64,000 bases of DNA from Streptosporangiaceae bacterium (GTDB lineage Bacteria; Actinomycetota; Actinomycetes; Streptosporangiales; Streptosporangiaceae), in assembly GCA_030041135.1 (NCBI GenBank), contig JASHOL010000528.1, forward strand, positions 6,720 to 70,719. Direction: 5' to 3'. Below are positions 23,710 through 33,011 of the stretch, piece by piece; the first letter of the stretch is position 1, and each line of letters starts with the position of its first letter. The position numbers and the translations under genes are program-made. The notes beneath the pieces were generated by a model. The model saw nothing but the letters and a program-made list of their open reading frames with translations. It was not told the DNA's origin and searched no databases.

Positions 23710-26040
23710 ATGACGGTCAAGCGACTTCTCGTCGGCAGGCCGATGCAAAGCGAGCGACTTGGCCACACGCTCTTGCCGAAGAAGATCGCGCTCCCGGTGT
23801 TCGCCAGCGATGCCCTGTCATCAGTTGCCTACGCGACACAGGAGATCCTGCTCGTTCTCGCCGCGGGCGGCCTTGCGCTCCTGGCGTACACGCCGTGGAT
23901 CGCGCTGGCCGTCGCCCTGCTGATGCTCGTCGTGGTCGCCTCCTACCGGCAGAACGTGCACGCCTACCCGTCGGGCGGCGGCGACTATGAGGTCACCACG
24001 ACTAACTTCAGCGCGCGCGTGGGGATGACGGTCGCCAGCGCGCTCATGGTCGACTACACGCTCACCGTCGCGGTCTCAGTATCTTCCGGAGTCGCCAACC
24101 TGGCGTCGGCCTTCCCGGCCCTCAACTCCCACGTGACGATCATCGCGGCCCTGACCGTGGCGGCCATCGCGGTGATGAACCTGCGGGGCGTGCGCGAGTC
24201 CGGTACTGGCTTCGCGATCCCGACCTACTGCTTTATCGGCATCGTCATGCTGATGATTGTCTGCGGCGGGATCAGGCTGGCCACGGGCCAGCACCTGCAC
24301 GCGGAGACGGCCGGCTACGCGATCAAGTCCACCGGGACGTTCGCCGGCCTGGCGCTGATGTTCCTGATCCTGCGGGCGTTCTCGTCTGGCTGCACCGCGC
24401 TGACTGGGGTCGAGGCGATCAGCAACGGCGTGCCGGCGTTCAAGCAGCCCAAGAGCAAGAACGCCGCGACCACGCTGGCGCTGCTCGGAGGCATCGCGGT
24501 CACGATGTTCGGCGGCGTCACCGCCCTGGCCCTGATCAGCCACGTCCACATCGGCAACCTGGTAGGCGCGCCCAGGGGATACGTCCAGCCGACCGTCATC
24601 GCCCAGGTCGGCAAGGCGGTCTTCGGGAACTCCTCGCCGCTTTTCTACATCCTGCAGCTGTTCACGGCGCTGATCCTGGTGCTGGCCGCGAACACCGCGT
24701 TCAACGGCTTCCCGGTGCTGGCCTCGATCCTGGCCAGGGACGGATACCTGCCGCGCCAGCTGCACACTCGCGGTGACCGGCTGGCTTTCAGCAACGGCAT
24801 CTTGCTGCTGTCTGGCTTCGCGATCGTGCTGATCGTGGCCTTCAATGCCTCTCCGACCCGGTTGATTCAGCTCTACATCGTCGGCGTGTTCGTCTCGTTT
24901 ACCTGCAGCCAGACCGGAATGATCCGGCACTGGAACCGGCTGCTGCGGACGACCACGGAGTCCTCCGAGCGGCTGCGCATGATCAGGTCGCGGACGATCA
25001 ACACGATCGGCGCCTGCGTTACCGGAACTGTCCTCGTCATCGTGGTGATCAGCAAATTCCTCGACGGCGCGTGGATCGCGGTCGCCGCCATGATCGTGCT
25101 CTGGTTCACGATGCGCGGGGTCCGTCAGCATTACCAGAGCGTCGCACTGGAACTGACGCCGGACGAGGAAGCCGTGCTCACGCTGCCGTCCGCCAATATC
25201 GCGATTGTCTTGGTCTCGAAGCTGCACCTGCCGACGCTGCGCGCGGTCGCCTACGCCAAGGCCGCCAGGCCCGCCCGGATCGAGGCGCTCACCGTCGACG
25301 TGGACGACGCGGAGACCAGGCGGCTGAAGGCGGAATGGGATCGGTATGCGATGCCGATCCCGCTGACCGTGCTGTCCTCGCCGTACCGGGAGATCACCCG
25401 GCCGGTCGTCGCTTACGTGCGGCGGCTCCGCCGGGAGAGCCCTCGTGACATCGTCACGGTATACGTCCCCGAGTACGTACTCGGGCACTGGTGGGAGCAG
25501 GCACTGCACAACCAGAGCGCGCTCCGGCTCAAGGCCCGCCTTTTGCTGGAACGAGGTGTAGTCGTGGCGAGCGTTCCCTACCAGCTCCACTCGGCCGCGC
25601 GTGTGGCCAGGTCGCCGGATCCGCTCATGGGCGGGCGGCTGATGCCCGGCAGGCTCGATGCCGTCCGTCCGTCCGTCCGGCCGTTCGCCGACCGCGAGAA
25701 GCAGCATGCGGGCGAGATCCGCGAGGAGGTCAGCTCGCTGACCGGCCCCGGCGGCCGGATAGTCACGCGCATAGCCGAAAGCCAGCCGCGGGAGCGGGTC
25801 GAGCTGGCCGGGACACTGCGGGCCGTCACCATGCGCCCGAGCGGCGGGGGCCTGAGCATGGAGGCCGAACTATGGGATGGCACCGGCCAGGTCACCCTGG
25901 TCTGGCTGGGTCGGCGCAACATCCCCGGGATACAGCCTGGCCGGCGGATCGTCGTTCACGGCCGGCTGACCAGCCGCAAGGGCGAGGCGACCATCTTCAA
26001 CCCGACCTACGAGCTGCAGCCCGCGGCCGGCAAGCACTAG
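23710..26040 (+). CDS. APC-family permease fused to a C-terminal OB-fold domain
   Basis: N-terminus KRLLVGRPMQSERLGHTLLPKKIALPVFASDALSSVAYATQEIL, followed by about 12 TM segments. The C-terminal part, about 115 aa (RVELAGTLRAVTMRP...GQVTLVWLGRRNIPGIQPGRRIVVHGRLTSRKGEATIFNPTYEL), looks like the small OB-fold proteins of actinobacteria. The ORF is also open from a GTG at 23695. Confidence 0.8.
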   Translation: MTVKRLLVGRPMQSERLGHTLLPKKIALPVFASDALSSVAYATQEILLVLAAGGLALLAYTPWIALAVALLMLVVVASYRQNVHAYPSGGGDYEVTTTNFSARVGMTVASALMVDYTLTVAVSVSSGVANLASAFPALNSHVTIIAALTVAAIAVMNLRGVRESGTGFAIPTYCFIGIVMLMIVCGGIRLATGQHLHAETAGYAIKSTGTFAGLALMFLILRAFSSGCTALTGVEAISNGVPAFKQPKSKNAATTLALLGGIAVTMFGGVTALALISHVHIGNLVGAPRGYVQPTVIAQVGKAVFGNSSPLFYILQLFTALILVLAANTAFNGFPVLASILARDGYLPRQLHTRGDRLAFSNGILLLSGFAIVLIVAFNASPTRLIQLYIVGVFVSFTCSQTGMIRHWNRLLRTTTESSERLRMIRSRTINTIGACVTGTVLVIVVISKFLDGAWIAVAAMIVLWFTMRGVRQHYQSVALELTPDEEAVLTLPSANIAIVLVSKLHLPTLRAVAYAKAARPARIEALTVDVDDAETRRLKAEWDRYAMPIPLTVLSSPYREITRPVVAYVRRLRRESPRDIVTVYVPEYVLGHWWEQALHNQSALRLKARLLLERGVVVASVPYQLHSAARVARSPDPLMGGRLMPGRLDAVRPSVRPFADREKQHAGEIREEVSSLTGPGGRIVTRIAESQPRERVELAGTLRAVTMRPSGGGLSMEAELWDGTGQVTLVWLGRRNIPGIQPGRRIVVHGRLTSRKGEATIFNPTYELQPAAGKH

Positions 26041-26058
26041 CCTGCGATTTGCCGCCGG

Positions 26059-26733
26059 CTAGGTACGGAAGCGGTAGCCTCGGCCCAGCTCGGTAAGCAG
26101 GTAACGAGGCGCGGACGGGTCAGGCTCTAGCTTGCGGCGCAAGTTGGCCATGTAGACCCGCAGGTAGTTGGCCTCGTTCTGGTAGCCGGGCCCCCAGACC
26201 TCCTGCAGCAATTGGCGCTGAGTGACGAGCTTGTCGGCATTGCGGGCCAGCACCTCAAGCATCTGCCACTCCGTTGGCGTCAGCCGGACGTCTGCTCCCG
26301 CCCTCGTAACTCGCTTGCTGCCCAGGTCCACGGTGAACTCCGCCGTCGTGATGACCGGCTCGTCCGGCGCCGGCGAGGCCCGCCGGACCGCCGCCCGCAA
26401 CCGCGCGAGAAGCTCGTCCATGCCGAAGGGCTTCGTCACGTAGTCGTCGGCTCCCGCGTCAAGCGCAGCCACCTTCTGGCTCTCCTGGCCCCAGGCCGAC
26501 AGCACGATGATCGGTGTCGAGGTCCACCCGCGCACCCCCCTGATCACGTCAGTACCCTCCATGTCCGGCAGCCCGAGGTCGAGGATCAGCACGTCGGGCC
26601 GCTCGCGAGCCATCGCGGCGAGCCCTGAGGCCCCGTCGGCCGCGGTACTGACCTCGTACTTGCGCGCGGTCAGGTTGATTTTGAGCGCGCGCAGGATCGG
26701 GGCCTCGTCATCGATGACCAGAACCTTGGTCAT
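26059..26733 (-). CDS. kdpE: OmpR-family response regulator, KdpE-like
   Basis: Receiver domain VLVIDDEAPILRAL...DVLILDLGLPDMEG...DDYVTKPFGMDELLARLRA, followed by a winged-helix C-terminus. ATGA overlap with the kinase gene. Confidence 0.75.
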   Translation of the reverse strand: MTKVLVIDDEAPILRALKINLTARKYEVSTAADGASGLAAMARERPDVLILDLGLPDMEGTDVIRGVRGWTSTPIIVLSAWGQESQKVAALDAGADDYVTKPFGMDELLARLRAAVRRASPAPDEPVITTAEFTVDLGSKRVTRAGADVRLTPTEWQMLEVLARNADKLVTQRQLLQEVWGPGYQNEANYLRVYMANLRRKLEPDPSAPRYLLTELGRGYRFRT

Positions 26734-28805
26734 GAGCCGGCGCGCGCGCTGGCAGAGCTAGCCGCGGCTGCGGCGCACGGCAGCAGTACGCGCATCGTGA
26801 GCCCGCCGCCCGGCGTGTCGGTCGCCTGGACTGTGCCGCCCATCGTGTCGAGGAAGCCCTTGACCACCGCCAGGCCTAGGCCAACACCGGTGCCGCCGGA
26901 TGGATCAGCCCCGCGCTCGTCCAGCCGCTGGAACGGCTCGAACATGCGCTCCTTCAGCTCGTCGGGAACGCCGCGACCGTGGTCGACGATCTCCAGCAGT
27001 ACGCTGCCGTCTGACTGGCAGGCTCGCAGCTGCGGGTACCGGCCTGGCGGCGAGTAGGCAAGCGCGTTGGCGAACAGGTTCGCCAGCACGCGCTCGAGCA
27101 GGCCAGGATCGGTCAGCACCAGCGGGAGCCCGTCCGGCACCGACATGTCCAGTGCGCCACCGCCATCGAGCCCGCGCAGTGCCACCGGTGCTACCTCGTC
27201 GATGGCGGTTGCCCGGAGGAACGGCTGGAGCGAGCCGGTTGTCAGCCGGCTCATGTCAAGCAGGTTGCCGATGAGGGCGTCGAGCCGGTCCGCCGACTTC
27301 TCAATGGTGGCCAGCAGCGCAGCCTCGTCGGCCTCGGTCCACTCCACATCGGTCTGCCGCAGCGTGCTGACACTCGCCTTGATCGAGGCCAGCGGAGTGC
27401 GCAGGTCATGACTCACCGCAGCCAGCAAGGCCGTCCGCATGCGATTGCCCTCAGCCAGCGCCTCGGCCTGGGCGGCCTGGGTGCGCAGCCGATCGCGGTC
27501 AAGCGCCGCGGCCAGTTGCGCGGCCACGCCGTCCAGCAGCCGCGGGGTCAGCGGCCGGTGCTGTCCGGACACTTCGAGCACCAGGTCGTCGCGTGCTACC
27601 GCGTGCATGACCGGGTCGTCGGGTCCGGCCACGCCGCTCGCCGCGACCGTGATCCATTGCTCGCCAGCTCGTTCTAGCAGGCCGGCTCGCCCGCCGCGAC
27701 TGGCGGTCAGGTGGCCGAGGACCGCCGCCGGAGTGTCGTCGCCGCCCAGGACCGTCTGCGCCAGCGCCAGTAGGTCCTGGGCCTCTTCGGTGCTTCTGGC
27801 CGCCTGCCGGGCCCGCAGCGCCGCCAGGTGCACGACGCTGCTGACAGTCACCGCGACGGTGACAAACAGCAGCAGGGCGAGCAGGCTCTTGCCGTCGGCG
27901 ATCGTCAGCGTGTGCACCGGCGGGGTGAAGTACCAGTTCACCAGCAGGCTGGCGATGACAGCTGCCAGGACCGCAGGCCAGAACCCGCCAACAACGGCGA
28001 CAGCGACGACGGCGACGAGGTAGACGAGAAGGTCGTCGCCGAGATCCAGGTGGAGCCACCTGGCCGACAGGCCGAGCGTCAGCAGCGGCAGTCCGCCTGC
28101 TGCCAGCAGCACGCCGGTGAGGACGCGACGCACCCCGATGCCGCCGGACAAGTCGGTGATCCGGCGCTGGCGCCGGGCCGCCTGGCTTGCGGACTCATCT
28201 CCCCCAGGCTGGTCGCCTGCGGGTCGGCTCGCCGAGACATCCACAATCCACAGTGTGAACGATGACGCCAGGTGCCGCATCATCGCGCCCGAGGCGGCTC
28301 CGGCGGCGGTGCATAGCGCGATGACCACTGCGGCCCGGCCGGCGACCGCCCCGGTCAGGTGCAGCTGCGCGTAGGGAGCGCGGGAAAACCCGGCCACGGT
28401 CAGCCACCCGATCGCGCCGAGCACCGGCGCGACGGTTGGCTCGGCAACGGCGGACCCGGTGGCCACGATCGCTGCAGCGAGGACAAGAACCCAGCCCGCG
28501 GACAGTCCGCCGTGGCTGGCCGCCGCGGCGGCTCCAACCACGAGCAGGCCGGCGAAGCCGGCTGGCAGTGCCAGCGGGGCCGCCAGGCCGCGCCTGCGCT
28601 GGCCCTGACCGCGAGCCGGAGCCTGCCATTCGAGATCTCCCAGATCCGCCCCCATCCGCTGGGCATACCCCGGCTGGCCAGGGTCGGCAACGCCGGACGG
28701 ATCCCGCTCAGGCTGCATCTCGTCCATCGATGCCAGTTGACATCCCGACCGGGCGAATTCAGATGATCTTGATGGCTTCTTAACGCCCGCAGCGCCGGTC
28801 TTCAC
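26730..28805 (-). CDS. Sensor histidine kinase with DUF4118-type membrane domain (like the C-terminal half of KdpD; lacks the N-terminal KdpD/Usp sensor domains)
   Basis: Contains VAVVGGFWPAVLAAVIASLLVNWYFTPPVHTL (DUF4118-like), the H-box SHDLRTPLASIKAS, and HATPase N/G boxes (FANALAYSP, DHGRGVP, GTGVGLGLAVVKG). The start is uncertain; ATG at 28727 is an alternative. Confidence 0.8.
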   Translation of the reverse strand: MKTGAAGVKKPSRSSEFARSGCQLASMDEMQPERDPSGVADPGQPGYAQRMGADLGDLEWQAPARGQGQRRRGLAAPLALPAGFAGLLVVGAAAAASHGGLSAGWVLVLAAAIVATGSAVAEPTVAPVLGAIGWLTVAGFSRAPYAQLHLTGAVAGRAAVVIALCTAAGAASGAMMRHLASSFTLWIVDVSASRPAGDQPGGDESASQAARRQRRITDLSGGIGVRRVLTGVLLAAGGLPLLTLGLSARWLHLDLGDDLLVYLVAVVAVAVVGGFWPAVLAAVIASLLVNWYFTPPVHTLTIADGKSLLALLLFVTVAVTVSSVVHLAALRARQAARSTEEAQDLLALAQTVLGGDDTPAAVLGHLTASRGGRAGLLERAGEQWITVAASGVAGPDDPVMHAVARDDLVLEVSGQHRPLTPRLLDGVAAQLAAALDRDRLRTQAAQAEALAEGNRMRTALLAAVSHDLRTPLASIKASVSTLRQTDVEWTEADEAALLATIEKSADRLDALIGNLLDMSRLTTGSLQPFLRATAIDEVAPVALRGLDGGGALDMSVPDGLPLVLTDPGLLERVLANLFANALAYSPPGRYPQLRACQSDGSVLLEIVDHGRGVPDELKERMFEPFQRLDERGADPSGGTGVGLGLAVVKGFLDTMGGTVQATDTPGGGLTMRVLLPCAAAAASSASARAGS

Positions 28806-28861
28806 GCGTTCTTCGCGCCGCGTCGCCTGAGCGACCGGTAAAAGGCAACTAAACTGCCCTG

Positions 28862-29473
28862 ATGCCTACTCGCGCCGAAATCGTGGCTTTTGACGACTCT
28901 CCGCCTCCCCCCGGTGCCAGCGCCTGGGTAGCGGGCGCGGCGCCGGGCACCGGCATTGAGGTGTCCGATCCCGACCCGGATTGGCCGAGGCGGTACGAGG
29001 ATCTGGCGGGTCGCATCAGGGCCGCGCTTGGCTGGCGGGCGCTGCAAGTCGAGCACGTGGGCTCCACGTCCGTGCCCGGGTTGCCCGCCAAGCCCATCAT
29101 CGACATCGACCTGACGGTCGCCGACCCGGACCGGGAGGAGCATTACGTGCCGGCCCTGGAGGCGATCGGATTCGGGCTGCAGATCCGGGAGCCCTGGTGG
29201 GAAGGCCACCGGGTCCTGAAAACGGAGTCGCCGAACAGCAATCTGCATGTCTTCGGGCCCGACAGTCCCGAGCTGGTGAAGCACCGCATCTTCCGCGACT
29301 GGCTGCGAGGCAACCCCGGCGACCGGGACCTTTACGCCGCCGCGAAGCGCCAGGCGGCGGCCGAGGCCAACGCCGGCGGAGAGCACGTCATGCAGTACAA
29401 CGCCCGCAAGGAACAGGTCATCAGGGAGATCTACCACCGGGCGTTCGTTGCCGCGGGACTGCTCGACCAATGA
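28862..29473 (+). CDS. GrpB-family protein (UPF0157)
   Basis: Contains DPDWPRRYEDL...VEHVGSTSVPGLPAKPIIDIDL...FRDWLRGNPGDRDLY. Confidence 0.8.
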   Translation: MPTRAEIVAFDDSPPPPGASAWVAGAAPGTGIEVSDPDPDWPRRYEDLAGRIRAALGWRALQVEHVGSTSVPGLPAKPIIDIDLTVADPDREEHYVPALEAIGFGLQIREPWWEGHRVLKTESPNSNLHVFGPDSPELVKHRIFRDWLRGNPGDRDLYAAAKRQAAAEANAGGEHVMQYNARKEQVIREIYHRAFVAAGLLDQ

Positions 29474-29634
29474 GTCGGCTCGGGGTCAGCGTCTTCCAGG
29501 CAGAGACCCATCCAGCCGCGTTCCCGCCTTTTGTTGCGCATTAGCCCGCTAGGTGAGAAGCTGTGGCGTGCTTCGCACACGACTAACGGCAGCCCGGCAT
29601 ACGCAAGACCATCATCCCGACCGCACTGACTACT

Positions 29635-30855
29635 ATGCGCCCAATTTCCCGAGACTTTTCCCTGCAACTCTTGCTGGATGCCCTTGCAGAAAGACTTCCC
29701 GGCGTCCTCATCGCGTCATACACCGGTGAATCCGCGGGGCCGCGCGAGTCACATGCGGTGATCTCGATAAACTCGCCGGGCGCCTTCATCCAGCTCATCC
29801 GAGCCCCGAGGGGACTGGGCCTGGCGCGAGCATGGGTCACGGGAACTATCGACATAACGGGCGACCTCCACGAGATAGTGCGGCGCGAGAGCCAGCTCCG
29901 GGATCCCAAACTATACGCTCTTATCCTCGCAACAGCCGTCCGGCTTACACCCTCATTTCGTTTTCACCACATTCGCGGGAGCGGAGCAACTCGAATTGAA
30001 TACCGCTACCCCAGGCCAGGGCGCCACTCCATATCTCGCGACATTATTGAGACCGAATATCACTACGGACGGTCACTCGAATTCTATCGGAATCTCCTCG
30101 GGGCATCTCTCGCATATTCCTGCGCCATATTCAGTTCGTCATCACAGACGCTGGACGCAGCGCAAGCCAATAAACATGAACTAATATGCCAGAAGCTCAA
30201 TGTCAGTAACGAGTCGACTATACTCGACATCGGATGCGGGTGGGGATCATTGCTCAGATATGCGATTCAGCATTACTCATGCAAAGCTAGGGGCATAACA
30301 GCGTCGCGCGAGCAGTACATGGCGCTACGCTCAGACCCAGAGCTAGTTAGGACCGAACTGGAGATAGTCCATGGAGACTATCGCCAGTGCTTGCCTGCTC
30401 GCGGCGTGACCACGGCTGCCAGCGTGGGCGTTTACGAGCACGTCGGAGCTAAACATTCCCAGCAGTTCTTTTCCCTCATCCGAGCTTCTCTGCAACCCGG
30501 CGCGCGCTACCTGAATCAGTGCATCGTCCGGACCGAAGACGGCCCAAAGCACTTTCGACGGAATAGTTTCACGCAGCGATATATCTTCCCTAATGCGCAA
30601 CTTCTCCCATTGTCCGTTCAGATACGCGATCTGGAGCGAACCGGGTTTCAAGTTCTGTCAGTAACCCTTCACGGCCAGAGCTACGAGCAAACGCTTCGAT
30701 GCTGGATCGACAATCTCACTGCGAAGTGGGGCGCCTGCGTCGACCTCGAGGGCGAGCAGAGCGTCCGCGCGTGGTACATGTACCTCACCGGCGCACTTAC
30801 GCGCTTCGAGTCTCGCGCCATTGACGTCGCCCAGGTCTTGGCTCAGGCCCGGTGA
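29635..30855 (+). CDS. Cyclopropane-fatty-acyl-phospholipid synthase family SAM-dependent methyltransferase
   Basis: Contains HYGRSLEFYRNLLGASLAYSCAIF, ILDIGCGWGSL (SAM motif I) and SVGVYEHVG. Long form with an N-terminal domain. Confidence 0.8.
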   Translation: MRPISRDFSLQLLLDALAERLPGVLIASYTGESAGPRESHAVISINSPGAFIQLIRAPRGLGLARAWVTGTIDITGDLHEIVRRESQLRDPKLYALILATAVRLTPSFRFHHIRGSGATRIEYRYPRPGRHSISRDIIETEYHYGRSLEFYRNLLGASLAYSCAIFSSSSQTLDAAQANKHELICQKLNVSNESTILDIGCGWGSLLRYAIQHYSCKARGITASREQYMALRSDPELVRTELEIVHGDYRQCLPARGVTTAASVGVYEHVGAKHSQQFFSLIRASLQPGARYLNQCIVRTEDGPKHFRRNSFTQRYIFPNAQLLPLSVQIRDLERTGFQVLSVTLHGQSYEQTLRCWIDNLTAKWGACVDLEGEQSVRAWYMYLTGALTRFESRAIDVAQVLAQAR

Positions 30856-30861
30856 CGGGGC

Positions 30862-32034
30862 GTGGACAGCCTGGTCCTCGACCCGTTAGAGCCCGAGTTG
30901 ATCGGGGGGCTGTTCGGGCGCAGACCGTCGGTAGCAGAGTCGTCGTCTCTCGCCAAGCTTCGGCCGAGAACGCGCTTCATCTTGCTCGCGCTCGCGGGCG
31001 TCTGCATCGTGATTTCTGTAGCGGCAGTTGATCACGCGCTAACTAACCCTTCAGGAGTACAGACGGCGCTTGCGCTCTTCACGGGACAGTCGGAGAGACC
31101 AAGACGGATCGGACTGCCGCTATCGCAGGACCCGGTCGGCTTGATTGCAATAGCGATGACGCTAGCCGGGCCGATCTTCTGCTGTGAACAGGTTAGGGCC
31201 ATCCGCGGCTTTAATGCGATGAATGAACGCAATATGGCTTACCGAATGAAGACACTCGATGTCGTGGCTATAAATTCGCAGACGGCGCGAACTAACCGTC
31301 ATTTCAAGGCAGTAGGAAATCGTGCAACGTCCATCCTGCTATTCCTGGTGAGCGGAGCCGCTTCCCTGGGCACAGATTACCTGATTAGACGCTGGGGACT
31401 GTTTGGCAGCTGGAACTATACGTTGCTATCACGCACCACGTGGCGCCGAGAGGTGTACGCGGGCTGGTGGGCGAACCCGCACAGCCACTTTCCCCTCGCC
31501 ATCGTGCTTTGGTGCGTGGGTGTCTTTTTCTTCTACTTCCTCATCAAGCAGCTACTGATGGGCGGCATCTTCGCGCTGTTCGTGCACCGGGTGATGGCGC
31601 TGGATTTCGGTGTGACGCCTAACATGGCCGCAAATACCGACGGATATTGGGGCCTTCGGCCCCTGCGCCGGTTCATGGAAGTGACGTATTCATCAACGCT
31701 TGGCCATTTTATCATGATAATGGGTATTCTAGTGGTCTGGCTCCCGTTCGGAGCCTTCACGATACTTATGCTACTCACCGTCATGGTTATCAATATATTG
31801 GTGGTTATATACCCATCCCAGGTGGCTCTGACCGGCGCAGTGAGCGAAAAGATCCACTTCGTGGCCCATATCACCGGGTCGCGGCGAGCCCGGTCAGAGC
31901 GGGAGGCAGTGATCGAGAGAGTCTGGAGCACGCCCAATCTTCCCTTCCGGTTCCGGAGCACCCTGACCGCGGCGACAATCTACTTCCTGGTCCCCGTACT
32001 GCTGGCGCTAGTATCATCATTGCTTGGGAGATAG
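30862..32034 (+). CDS. Hypothetical polytopic membrane protein (390 aa)
   Basis: The GTG ORF starts 6 nt after the CFA-synthase-like stop. Several hydrophobic segments are present (FILLALAGVCIVISVAAV, ILLFLVSGAASLG, LAIVLWCVGVFFFYFLI, IMIMGILVVWLPFGAFTILMLLTVMVINILVV, IYFLVPVLLALVSSLL). No motif recognised. Confidence 0.6.
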   Translation: MDSLVLDPLEPELIGGLFGRRPSVAESSSLAKLRPRTRFILLALAGVCIVISVAAVDHALTNPSGVQTALALFTGQSERPRRIGLPLSQDPVGLIAIAMTLAGPIFCCEQVRAIRGFNAMNERNMAYRMKTLDVVAINSQTARTNRHFKAVGNRATSILLFLVSGAASLGTDYLIRRWGLFGSWNYTLLSRTTWRREVYAGWWANPHSHFPLAIVLWCVGVFFFYFLIKQLLMGGIFALFVHRVMALDFGVTPNMAANTDGYWGLRPLRRFMEVTYSSTLGHFIMIMGILVVWLPFGAFTILMLLTVMVINILVVIYPSQVALTGAVSEKIHFVAHITGSRRARSEREAVIERVWSTPNLPFRFRSTLTAATIYFLVPVLLALVSSLLGR

Positions 32035-32074
32035 TTGTTGACCTGCTAGTACCTTCTAGCTGCGCGGAGCCGCC

Positions 32075-32941
32075 GTGGCTGAGAATTCAATGCCGAGCGT
32101 GATTTTGCCCGCCAGCGGCGCTTCGCGCTTTGCGCCCCTGGTGCTCTTTTTGCCAGGACTGACGGGTAATATGAAGCAGTGGGACCTCGTCTTGCCGCTG
32201 CTTCTCGATATGCCAGCGGATCTCGCTTACGGTGCTCCAATTCTTCCGCATCCGGCGCTGGAGGGCGAGAAGCCGACTGTGACAGCGCTCGCCAGGGCGC
32301 TTGCGGAAGAGATCGAACGCCAAAAACGGCTTGAGGTGGTCGTAGTCGCCCACTCTGTCGGCACGTTCGTAGCGTTGGGCGTTGCCCGCCTGGTTCCAGA
32401 TCTGGTCAAGGAGGTTATTGTCGTCAATGGCGGCCTTACAAGCGTTGCAAGGTTCTTGGACCACCCTTTGCGCGAGTTGATGTCCAGGCCGAGGACGTGT
32501 CTCAACGCGCTACGCCTATTCGTACTCTTGGCCACTCCGGCGCCTTCGGTCGTTCGACAGGCAATCGTTAAGAGTGAAAAGTCGAGCCGCGTGCTACTTT
32601 CCGGTCTAGTTTCCGACGCCGCGCTCAACTCGGAGGAACAGAGACGGAACCTGATGGAGACGGCTGCGAAGCCGGAGATTCTGCGCGCGCTATGGGACAA
32701 CAGGCACCACTGGCCGGAGTTCCTCGCCTATGCCGGGGAAGTCGAGCCGGACGTGCTTTTCCTGGTTGGTGAGCAGGATCCGATGAGCGGAGAGCTCGAC
32801 ACGCGTTCGATGGCCGCGCTGTTGCCCCATGCGGATGTCCGGATTCTCCCTGGGGTCGGACATGCGGCCCCGCTGGAAATGGCAGGCGCCGTCGCAAGCG
32901 CAATACGCGAGTCTTTGTCGACGTCACTGCCTGAACACTAG
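32075..32941 (+). CDS. Alpha/beta-fold hydrolase
   Basis: Nucleophile elbow VVAHSVGT. The acid and His regions are LVGEQDPMS and PGVGHAAPLE. Confidence 0.7.
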   Translation: MAENSMPSVILPASGASRFAPLVLFLPGLTGNMKQWDLVLPLLLDMPADLAYGAPILPHPALEGEKPTVTALARALAEEIERQKRLEVVVVAHSVGTFVALGVARLVPDLVKEVIVVNGGLTSVARFLDHPLRELMSRPRTCLNALRLFVLLATPAPSVVRQAIVKSEKSSRVLLSGLVSDAALNSEEQRRNLMETAAKPEILRALWDNRHHWPEFLAYAGEVEPDVLFLVGEQDPMSGELDTRSMAALLPHADVRILPGVGHAAPLEMAGAVASAIRESLSTSLPEH

Positions 32942-33011
32942 CTTATTGCGTGTCCAGCGTTTGAGGTTAGTTGTAGCTGGAAATCTCGTTAAGCGGCGTC
33001 AGCCGGGAAAG

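Noticed and set aside
24076-25707. A 543-aa minus-strand ORF antisense to the APC permease. Similar cases are 60951-62138, 38239-39783, 57003-57581 and 45165-46253.
   Set aside because: Same reasoning: biased Arg/Asp/Gly/Pro composition, no motifs, and complete overlap with well-supported genes on the other strand.
26730-28805. Annotating the kinase as kdpD and the locus as the Kdp potassium-uptake system.
   Set aside because: The N-terminal KdpD/Usp sensor domains are absent and there are no kdpFABC genes in the window. Only the KdpD C-terminal architecture is shared.
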